From the NCBI GenBank assembly GCA_028023455.1, contig JAQFVV010000006.1, forward strand, positions 11,160,001 through 11,224,000: DNA of 64,000 nucleotides, given 5' to 3'. Below are positions 53,998 through 64,000 of this stretch, piece by piece (within the stretch, counting starts at the first letter, position 1; every line of letters starts with the position of its first letter). The notes beneath the pieces were generated by a model, which saw nothing but the letters and a program-made list of their open reading frames with translations, was not told the origin of the DNA and made no database searches. This stretch comes from Epiperipatus broadwayi. Lineage: Eukaryota > Animalia > Onychophora. Both the position numbers and the translations under genes were made by a program.

Positions 53998-56228
53998 GTG
54001 TTTGCTGTGATATTATTAACATTTGTTTGCTGTGATATTACTAACAGTTGGTGCATATACTAACCTGTTTGCCGTGATATTACTAACAGTTGAATGCATT
54101 TGGAATATTTAACTAAAAATAAAACTTTTCTAAAGACATTCAACACACATATTAGATGATGGAAATAGTCCAATATAAAAATACAGCTAGAACACCATCA
54201 TCACAAACCTTCAGAAAAATACTATATTTACATTTAGTTTTGGTTAGCGTATAATTGTTGTGTAGTTTGATATTGCATAGTTAGCGACTCCACAGTAATA
54301 ACACCATGCATGATTGAAAGCAACCGTTTTTTTATAGGCTGGATACATTCTGATAAATAATAATAATAATCATCTTATCTTAACTAAATGTGAACGTCAA
54401 TAGTAAAAATTATACATTTTTAGAAATAAGATCTAAAAGTTGTGAATGAAAATTTAATATAAAAAATTATATTTATATAATCAATGTATAATGTTTACTT
54501 ATTAACCATGATTGTAAAATCATGTTTAGGTCTGGACTAGGTAGAAAAATATTTTTTTTTTTTTAAATAGGCTTAGAGTTTTTTTTTATTTAATCATCTC
54601 ATATTGGTTATTGAAAAGGTATTTATGTAATGGCTAGTGATCAAAACACAGATGGAAAACTTAAAAATTATCATCATTCAACATTTTGAAAGTTTAGTGA
54701 GCAGTACCATTATCAAAGAGAGCTTTCCCTGCAATCGGCTATTTAAAGGCTGTTTTAGCTACTTTTTTTCTATAACATTCAGACTATGAGTTCTTATTAT
54801 AATTTTAGGATTGTCCATTTGGTTCAATATAAACATAGAATATTAAAATAGAGCCATGTTAATATTAATCTTTGACTTGATGGGCTTTGATTTTTTGGGA
54901 TTTAAATTTTAATAGTTAACAACAAAATAGCATCAACTTTGTCTACATTCAACATATGGTTTTAGGAACCATATCATATTCTGTGCATCCTACTTCAGAA
55001 TCATCTATCATAAGCGTAAGTAATTAATAGACTCCAGGTGATAGTGCTATAATCCTCATGCTCATATTAATCCCTGGCTAATGGTTAAATTGCCAGTGAC
55101 ATTTGGGGATTTATTTGCACTTACACATCTAGAAACCACTCACTGTTGAAGATCATTAATCAGAATGTAGTTTAGCAATGAAGATTATAGCATTTTTGTT
55201 TAGTGTCCATTGATAGCTTCAGGTATTGGAATAGAGTAAATACAATGAATTAAATCTTAAAAATGAAATCTTGTTTTCAGTTAGCAATTCCGCTACCATG
55301 TATTGGTCATTAGAAAAGTACTTTGTTAGAAGGAAAAACAAGATTGGAAAACTTTTGAAAACTTATCACTCAGCGATTAGTTTGGCGAGCAACACCGTCT
55401 TTCTCAATATGTGAGTTTTTGAAGGTTTTCTGCAATAAGCTTTTTATTTTTTTATTTTGAAATATGGTTTTACTTATGAATAAAACTTATTCATCAAAAG
55501 TATATTCATAAAAAGGGCTTATCTTATCTGAACACTAAACAATTGTAGTTTTCAGTTAGTAGTTCAGAAATTTCTTTTTTAATTTATTTGGCTGTTTTGC
55601 AATAATTTGATATGGAAACGAACCTGTAGAACTCAAGATAAAAAAGGCTACATATTTTTAAAAAGTATATATCATGAAAAATTTCACAAAACCAACAGGA
55701 TTATTTTTAGAAAATGAGATTACATGCAGAAAACATCAAAACGTTCCAGTTTCATAATTAATATATTAAAAAAAAAAAAAGAAACCTAATAAACATGCTC
55801 TTAAAAATTTTTGTCTGCTTATATATTTTTTTTTGTTGAAAACATTTCTCTATTTTATAACTTTTAGCCATTTACATTTCTAATTAAGGAATATTATATC
55901 ATTATGATTTGTTTAATTTGGAAAGGACAATAAGTAAACAAATTTCTCAATTAAACTAACTGAATTTGTTTCTTAACAAAAACTAATTAGTTATATTAAT
56001 TTTATAATAAAGATTAGTAATAATCTACTATACATCATTAAATAAGCACGACTAATGAATGGATACCAGATGGTCATGATAATCAGATTGCTACAAAAGT
56101 TTCGGTCAGCTTTCATTATGTAAAGATACTTGATTGCACATCCAATCTAGCAGTCATCTTTACTTACATTATTATTCTTATATCTTCTCCTTTACCTTTT
56201 TTGCATTTCTCTTCATATATACATATAT

Positions 56229-57042
56229 ATTAAAATTTCTTTATCATCTCGTCTTATACACTTTAATGCAATCTTTTTTATATAATTTCTTCTTTATTTT
56301 GCAGATTTCAAACTGTCCTGCAATCTTCATCAGAGCTACAACATTTAACATATAACCATTATTTTATATACATATTTTATATTGCCATTCGTAATCATAT
56401 TTAACTTTATAGCTTCTCTTATTTCTTATTTATATTTTCTTTTTATTTTTTATTTCCTTTCTATTTCTATTTTTTTCTATTCTATCTTATCTATTATTCC
56501 ACATTTATTTTTTAATATATCACGATAATCTTTCCATTTTATTTTATTTTTTTATATATATTTATTTCCTAAAAATATAAATAAGAAATGAGAATAGGAA
56601 AATAAAAATAGAGATATGTGTAAGAATAAAATAGGAATATTAATAAATGAATAAATATATAAAATAATAAAAGATAATAGGGAATAAGTTATGTATAAAA
56701 AATAAGATGGAAAGGTTATAGTGATATATTACAGAATAAATGTGGAATGATAGATAAGAGAATAAAATAAAAAATATGAATAAAATGAAAATAAATAAGA
56801 AATAATAAGAAAATATAAGTAAGAAATAAGAGAAGTAAGCTATAAAGTTAAATATGATTATGAACGACAATATAAAATATGTATATTAATATGTATGTAA
56901 AATAATGGTTATATGATTATGTAAGTATATGTTTAAATGTTGTAGTTCTGATGAAGACTGCATGATAGTTGAAACTGTAAAATAAAGGAATTATAAAAAA
57001 AGATTACATTAAAGTGTATAAGAGATGATAAAGAAATTTTAA
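56229..57042. mobile_element. Long family-A foldback with AT-rich extended arms
   Basis: An imperfect palindrome over ~800 bp. Decayed HHR at 56302-56333 (-); intact core at 56948-56979 (+), CUGAUGA-A-GACUG(CAUGA)UAGUU-GAAA-CUGUA. Confidence 0.8.
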
Positions 57043-57866
57043 TACTTACTTTATTCATATTAATAACTTGAAAGTTTTAGAAATGTAAGGTTTTGAAGTG
57101 TGGCCAAGTGATATCCAGTTCTATATTTGGATAGGTTAGCAATTATATATTTTAGCAAACTTAAATTGTGCCATATATAGTCTCTTTTGATTTACTGATA
57201 AAAAGTATGATATATGTAAACAATATTGCCTGACTCTTGGCTATTTACATAGGTATCTAATGGTATGTATTTCCATATTAATTCATTGAGGAAAGAATTC
57301 ATATTAAGATAATTGTCTTTGTCTTATCTACATATGTACTTATTAAACAATGCGGAAGTACTGAAAACCACCAGCGAGCCATATGTACACTAACTGTCAG
57401 TAAATATGAAATGTGATTGTTTAAAAAAAAAAAAAAATTAAGAATCTAAAAATTTACTAAGAAAAAAAAAATTAACTCGATAATTAATAGCGCAATTGCA
57501 GGATAGTGTGACCACAAAACTCCATAAGCAAATGGCTCTTGAATTTTTTTTTAATAATATAGTTTGAATTTTCTAATTTAATATCATCTATCTTTGCCAT
57601 AATTTTCATCACAAGAAAAATCAAAAATTACAAAAATATTTTAATAAATTATATATATATTAAAGAAAATCTTTTTAATAATTATTCTTTAGTCATTTAG
57701 AAAAGAAGGGAAGGAATATATTCATTTGTCTACTTTTAAAGGAAATAAAATCATTTATTTTGTCAATTTTGCAAGAAAAAAGAAGGTATATTCTTTTAAT
57801 TATTAGAAAATAAGAATTTTATCTTTCTAAATACTTTGATTTTATCTTTTAAAAAGATAAATTCTA

Positions 57867-57980
57867 GTCAAGCGTTGTTGTTAGCCGAGAGGTCATCACA
57901 TCCGCCTTGCAAGCAAGTAGTTGGTTGCAGACGGTTGTGGGTTCGTGTTCCGGCCAATGCTATGACATATGAGAAAGAAA
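57867..57980 (+). mobile_element. tRNA-derived SINE (same family as 34129)
   Basis: A and B boxes, A-rich tail, exact 16-bp TSD AAAAAGATAAATTCTA. Confidence 0.9.
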
Positions 57981-59070
57981 AAAAAGATAAATTCTAAAGG
58001 CAGATATGTATATATTTTTTTAAAAAGATAACTATTACTTTTAATATTGCTAATTAAAGCATGTCTTTTTTTTTTGTCAGTTTTTTTTTTTTGTTGTTGT
58101 TTTAATTACATAATTTTTAATAAGATTTTATCATAGGTGTATATGCACTCTGTATATGTATGTTGAAAACATTTGTACTCTTGTGTTAAAAATACATACA
58201 TATAATTCATTACTTTCTTTGAATTTCAGTAACCATACCAAGGCTTGTAACTATGTCATAAATATAGAAGATATGAGGATGGACAGTTTAAAATCAATTT
58301 CTTTTAAGATATCTTAAGTTCTATGTCTAATTGTTATTACTCTTCAGTAGTATCAGCAAAATACTTTTTAGGAATAAGCATAGCCTGTAGATGAGTCTTA
58401 ATGTAATAACTAAAAACAAAAAAATACAATTGTAATATGTCACTATCTCTGTCTTTGGTGGTGAGATGTCATACTCCCATGGACCCTAAGGGCAGTTTAC
58501 TTTAAACTTTAAAAAATGTCATGAATAAGATCAGAAATTAGTATAAATATGTAAATAAGTCATATAGTTTATTCATAGGATAACTTCATTTCCCTATGCC
58601 AGATAAGTGAGTTATCTAAGCTGTAATGTATTATAAACAAACAACTTTAATTTTCATTGTTGATACTTTGACATTTCTTCATATTCTCTTAATATAATTT
58701 ATTTTATCATCTCAGTATTCAAGGTCCTTTGCAATTTAGTGAAACGTAGCTAACACGCAAGTTTCGAGAACTGAAAATCCATGAATCAAAGCTCTATTTT
58801 TCAAAGCAATAATCATGAAATTATTTATTATTTAGATAGTTGATAACATTTAATGAGCTAACTGATATCCAGAAAAGGTTTAATTTATAAAAAAAAATTA
58901 GCAATTCTTAAAAACGAAATCCCAAAATTTGAAGTTACAGACTTTTTTTTTTTAAGAACTTTTTTCACATAAATTTAGGATTAGGAAATTTCAATTTTGA
59001 TAATAAATATTAAAAAATATTTTATAAATGACACTTTTATTTACTTTACACTTAAAAATAGTAATTATTT

Positions 59071-59247
59071 TTTCAACCACAATTGGGGTTTTTATATTTA
59101 ACTTGAAATAAAATGGGGGGGGGGGTAGAAATTAATTAAGTCAATTCCTTGTTATAAAAAAAAAAATAGGGATTGATTTAAGTAATTTTTGTATTTCCCA
59201 TATTTTTATTTCAAGTTAAATATGAAAAACCTCAATTGTGGTTGAAA
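59071..59247. repeat. Short foldback
   Basis: tttcaaccacaattgggg...ttgaaataaaa and its reverse complement. Confidence 0.75.
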
Positions 59248-60366
59248 CGTAAATAAAAGCTTTGATTATAAAATATTTTTTTATATCTATTATTTAGTTT
59301 TTAGCATCAAGATTGTTATCAAAGATTTGTTTTTATTCAATTTTTAAAGGACCACATATATCATCTTGCATGCATTATTGAAAACTTATTGAAGTGATAT
59401 GAATGTATTTTAAATTTGATACTAAAATATTTGAAATTCCATCCACCTTTACTCTGTATTTAAAAAGTTGGATAACTTATTACAATATTTTAATATATTG
59501 TATTACCAGTGATTTATATCAAATATTATCAAATTTGAACAAATTCTATTGTATATAAATATATTAAATCTCAATTTAAAATTTTTATTCTAACTTAAAT
59601 AAAAACCACAGTCTAAATGAGACTAAACTCTGTATACAGTAGCGCCACTCAGTGCAAGCCAGAGTAATCAATGCATGCAAGAAGGTTTGTGCATAAAATA
59701 TCTATCTAGTGCCTACTCATCCAATATCCCCAGACTAATGACAAGCCTTGCATCTGAGAGCACTGCATCTAGATCTTAGAATCTAATGCAACCCTCCAAC
59801 ACCCACCTTTTACCTTATTAGCTAACTATAAAACTTTTGAGTCCTCATAAGCTTGTATAGTCGTATAGATCTGAACTCAGTTCAGCATCTATACTTTTTA
59901 GTCTTTGGTTCTTTACTAACCACAGTCATCATAATCCTATTGGGCAGGATTGGTATTAAACCACTAAATATCAGATGATCATCATTATGCTTACACAAGC
60001 TGTTTACACAGAGGCTAAACTCTCCACACAATAGCGCCACTCAGTGCAAGCCCGAGTAATCAATGGATGCCAGAAGACTAATGTGCATGAAATCCCAATA
60101 GGATTATGGTGTCTGGTTATTAAATAACCAAAGACACCAAAAAGTATAGATGCTGAACTGAGTTCAGATTTATATGACTTTACAAGCTAATGAGCTTGAA
60201 TTGACCTTCGAGCATTCCATCATCAGATTTTCAATTGGATGGACGGTTGAAGAGTTGGAGGGTGTAGTAGATTGGAGCCAGTCCATTAAAGTATGAAGAT
60301 TGTCTATCTTAATATATATCTAAGCACTTATAGTATATATGTGTGGGAGATGATAATCTGGACCAA

Positions 60367-60400
60367 CTGATGATTGCTGTTTTAGCATGAAATACGTATA
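60367..60400 (+). ncRNA. Family-B1 hammerhead, best-preserved copy
   Basis: ACCAA-CUGAUGA-U-UGCUG(UUU)UAGCA-U-GAAA-UACGUA-UA/UUGGU; perfect palindrome AUACGUAU. Confidence 0.85.
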
Positions 60401-60588
60401 TTGGTGATTATTTTTTCAGCATATGTGTGCTTGAGTGTATCAGTGTTATTAGATAGAGTGGAGAGTGGTGGGTCATGTGAAAGTCTGTGCTCATATACCC
60501 TATATTAATAAGGTAAAAAGGTGGCTGTTGGAAGTTTGCATTAGTTCCTAAGATCTAAGAGCAGTGCTCTCAGATCCAAGGATCCTCA

Positions 60589-60618
60589 CTGATGAAAGCC
60601 ACAAGCTAGAAACTAGTC
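60589..60618 (+). ncRNA. Family-C hammerhead (GUC site)
   Basis: AUCCUCA-CUGAUGA-A-AGC(CACAA)GCU-A-GAAA-CUAG-UC/UGGGAAU; palindrome ACUAGU. Confidence 0.8.
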
Positions 60619-62073
60619 TGGGAATATTGGATGAATAGGCACTAGATAGGGATTTTATGCACAAACGTTCTTGCATCCATTAATTACTCTGGCTTGCACT
60701 GATTGGCGCTACTGTATGGAGAGTTTAGCTTCTGTGTAAACAGCTTGTGTAAGTATAAAGAATGGTGATCCTGTGATGTTTAGTGGTTTTAAATAAAAAC
60801 CTTGAATTAAAACTAACAACAAATAAAGATTCCAACTTAAATAAAAGTGTTTAAAAGCAAAAAAAATAATAAAGTAGACCACAAATACAAACATTTATGC
60901 TAACCAGGTGAGGACTAATCCTGAAACCTTTATTTCTGAGTCCAGTACCACTTCTAAACACACAGAAAAGAGTTTTGTTAGTTATTAATGTGTAAAAGGC
61001 AAATATCTTTTATACCAAACTTGCTTTAATTCCGAGGGAAATACTGTAAATTTAATATGACTCAATTTATTACATATTTTTTTCATACCCTGACATTTTG
61101 ATTTCTTAATATAATCTTTTTTCAAGTTTAACAATGTTTCAAAAATATATCTGAAATATAAATAATAAATATAAAACATTTTATAAAAAGCACACTTGTT
61201 TAATATGAGGAATAATATACTAAAGACCAAAAAAAAATGAATGCATGATCCCTCAAATAAAGTTTTTTTTTTTTATAAAATATTTATTATATCAGATGTA
61301 CCCAATCTAAATAGGCCATGTTATTTTTTTAATTGGTTGCTTTAACAATTTTTTCTTTTAAGATTTAACTAAATTAAAAGATTTTCATTTTGACTTCAAT
61401 GATATGCTAACCAAAACTAAATGTAAATACGATACTATATCATCTGTTTTTTCTCCTCATAAAATGTCACATTTCAAACATGAATTTATGTACTGTAATC
61501 ACATTTTTTTGTGTGTGATTTAAATACTATATCTTTGTAATTTAAAGCACATGTACAGATTTTTTCCAAGCGTTTTTTTGTTAATGGTGGATTTACTCTC
61601 TTTGCGTAAATGTAATTTTTTTTTTTTAATTCGCTGTGAATTTGACATGTGAGAACCTTATGAACAAGCATACATTCACCAATCAGACAACAGAGAAAAT
61701 AGGGATTTTATATATAAGATTTATTTTGTTCATTTTTATTGTTTGGATATTTTGCAACAGACTTTGTAACTATTCATATTCAAATTTGCAGACTCAGAAT
61801 GTAAATAATGTCACTGTATTTCTACTTTTTGAAATGAAATTCATGCATGGTTAAAAATTATTTACAGTATTTTTTTTTGTTTATGAAAGCAATGTTTTTA
61901 AAAAAGCAAGATTTAGTTAAAGAATGAAGTGCAATTAAGATTTCATTCTTTATTTGTTTTTCTTTCTATTTTAATTAAATGCTAATTCTTTTTAATAAAT
62001 ATTCAGCGAAAGTGCCTTTTTTTAAAAAAAAAAAAAAAAAACATTTCATGTGCACCAATATAAACTTACCGAA

Positions 62074-62153
62074 CTGATACCACACATTTTGAAATTCTGC
62101 CGATTGAGACTCGCTGATATCACACATTTTGAAATTCTGCTGATTGTGACTGG
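62074..62153. repeat. 40-bp tandem duplication
   Basis: ctgatac/t-cacacattttgaaattctgc occurs twice with a period of 40. Confidence 0.8.
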
Positions 62154-62497
62154 ACACCTGGCTAAACAATTCTGAAATAATATTGCATTGTCATTGATGT
62201 CTAATGTGTACAAAACTCTGAAGGAAATCCAATCGATAGAATTATGTTAAAAATCAGTGACAAGATTTAAACAAGATAAACAGGATTTGTAAGTTAAATA
62301 AAAGTGTTTAAGAATAAAAAGTATGCAAACATAAAATATTCTAAAAATATACACTTGTTGTTATAAAATATATTTAAAAAATTTTCTTTTATTAATGCAG
62401 CATAATTTTCCACCATCTCTGCAAGTTACTGTAAGCTTTAGTAAGTAGTAATAGATGCCAGAAGATAGCGCTTATTTTGCCCTGTCCAATATCCCCG

Positions 62498-62527
62498 GAC
62501 TAGTTTCAAGTTTATGGCTTTCATCAG
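62498..62527 (-). ncRNA. Family-C hammerhead
   Basis: CUCCUCA-CUGAUGA-AAG(CCAUAAA)CUU-GAAA-CUAG-UC/CGGGGA. Confidence 0.75.
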
Positions 62528-63599
62528 TGAGGAGCTTTGGATCTTCGACCAAGATTGGTTTATTGGTTTATTTACTAATGGGAAAAACTTTTCGAAATTT
62601 AACCAACAATCATACCTTTCAATTCACTGTTTGATAAAAATACTGATTTTATTTTTTTGTTTCTTATTAAATTTATTTCACAATTTGTTTAATAATAAAA
62701 CAATTTAAGAGAAAGTCGGAAGAAATGCTGAACTAAATTTGAAAAAAAAAAAAAAAAACGAAGAAAAAACTATTTGTTTAATTACAATACTGTTATACAA
62801 CAATGTATAATTGAGCTGATGCAAAAAAGAAAATGAACTGACAATAAGTCGGAAATAAAACAGCGTTGCAAAAGTGCACGTTGAGCAAATGAAAGATTCA
62901 AATCGAAGGAATAGTAAGAATATCATTCTCTTAATTCATTCTGGTCAGAACACTTCCTTATATTTCAAGTCAGGAGAATCCTTCTCTCACATCCTGAGAG
63001 ATTGCTTGCTAAAAAGTAGTTGATTTGCAAAGTGGCTAACTTTAAATTATTGTTCAGTCATTATTTATCCCAATAGCTACAGAAAGGAGTTTGATGTTAA
63101 GGAAAATTCCTTTTCATAAGGGCTTAAACGAACTGAGCAGAATAAATTCATAATGTATACTCCATACTTTGTATCATTGCTGCTATTGTTATTATATGAT
63201 TATTCATATGATAAATGAACATTGATGTGATGCTCACTAGAATTCGTTAACCAGTTTGGTAATTGACTTTTTAACTTCTAGGTTTAAAACTATCAAATAC
63301 TATGGTCTTTCTTCTCAGTTGTCCAATAGTTCTTAAGTAAAATATCATTTGAGTTTTCTTGAAAGCAGGATGAAGGTACATATGAATGCTGTTTAGTTTT
63401 GGATATTTACAATCTTGATAAATAAAACTAAATTATGATACTTATTTTCAGGAGGCTGTAAAGTCGCCATCCAAGGCAGCAGGTGATGCCTTAATTGCAG
63501 ACCCAAATTTCCATTCATTGCATATCACTTTTAAATGAAGTAAGCTTGCATAAATTGAAAAAAATGTTTAATATTACATGGGACATTGTTGAACTTTCT

Positions 63600-64000
63600 A
63601 AAATTAAAAGAAAAGGAGAAGAGGAAATTATTTAAAAAGTAGACATGTACTTTATTATAAAGACATGTTATTGGAAGCACGTGTGAAGTGAGATTCATTA
63701 TGAATAAAGAATGGAAGGAGAATGTTGTGGAGTTTAATGATGTATTAAACAGAATGGAAAGATTAGTTATTTAACTTGATGAAAGATACCACATGCAGAT
63801 AATTCACGCTTCCAACCCAATGGGTTTTTATTGAAATAAAGGAGCGAATTTTTACATGGATGTACAAAATGCTTTTGATTAGAACAATATTTTAAAATTG
63901 TCACAGTAGACTTTAATGCTAGAATTGGTGGTTGAAAGATGAAAATGATGTTAAATTTGAATATGGTGGAAGAAATAAGAAAGAAAACAGATTTGTGGAA
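63600..64000 (+). pseudogene. Decayed AP-endonuclease domain of an RTE LINE (runs off the window)
   Basis: FIMNKEWKENVVEF...YHMQIIH...FYMDVQNA...VDFNARIG. Confidence 0.7.

Larger units (their letters stand above)
53010..54186. mobile_element. Penelope-like 3' end with 5' inversion (arms 53010-53580 / 53680-54186)
   Basis: GIY-YIG C-terminus VADH...HTFNWENTKILDKE...RRKFKEAAH...SQPS (ORF 53433..53669), followed by a tRNA-like segment and an HHR in both arms. Confidence 0.9.
59620..60790. mobile_element. Composite nested foldback of families C and B
   Basis: Outer arms ~59620-59822 / 60503-60730, inner arms ~59845-59945 / 60094-60195, and a family-B copy at ~60215-60505. Confidence 0.8.

Noticed and set aside
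60203-60226. Opposite-polarity HHR in family B (CUGAUGA...GAAGGUC, minus strand)
   Set aside because: GAAG instead of GAAA, weak stems, and it spans a junction between repeats.

Overview
Very AT-rich, repeat-dense eukaryotic genomic DNA, probably from an invertebrate animal (inference). I found no intact long host ORF; almost every ORF in the track is spurious or a decayed transposon fragment. Recognisable elements are a decayed hAT transposon nested in a Ty3/Gypsy remnant and itself interrupted by a LINE, a hAT MITE, RTE-type LINE fragments, three tRNA-derived SINEs, two Penelope-like (PLE; RT/GIY-YIG) remnants and a few candidate small host exons. The dominant signal is about 30 minimal type I hammerhead ribozyme (HHR) motifs: CUGA(U/A)GA, stem II, GAAA, a self-complementary stem III, then NUH. 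They fall into at least six sequence families, labelled A, B, C, E, G and PLE-associated here, carried by short non-coding repeats that mostly form head-to-head foldbacks. They include a tandem 374-nt unit bounded by two HHRs (retrozyme-like) and a PLE 3' end fused to a tRNA-type Pol III promoter plus an HHR. All structures were read by eye; no folding, alignment or database search was run, and coordinates of decayed elements are approximate.
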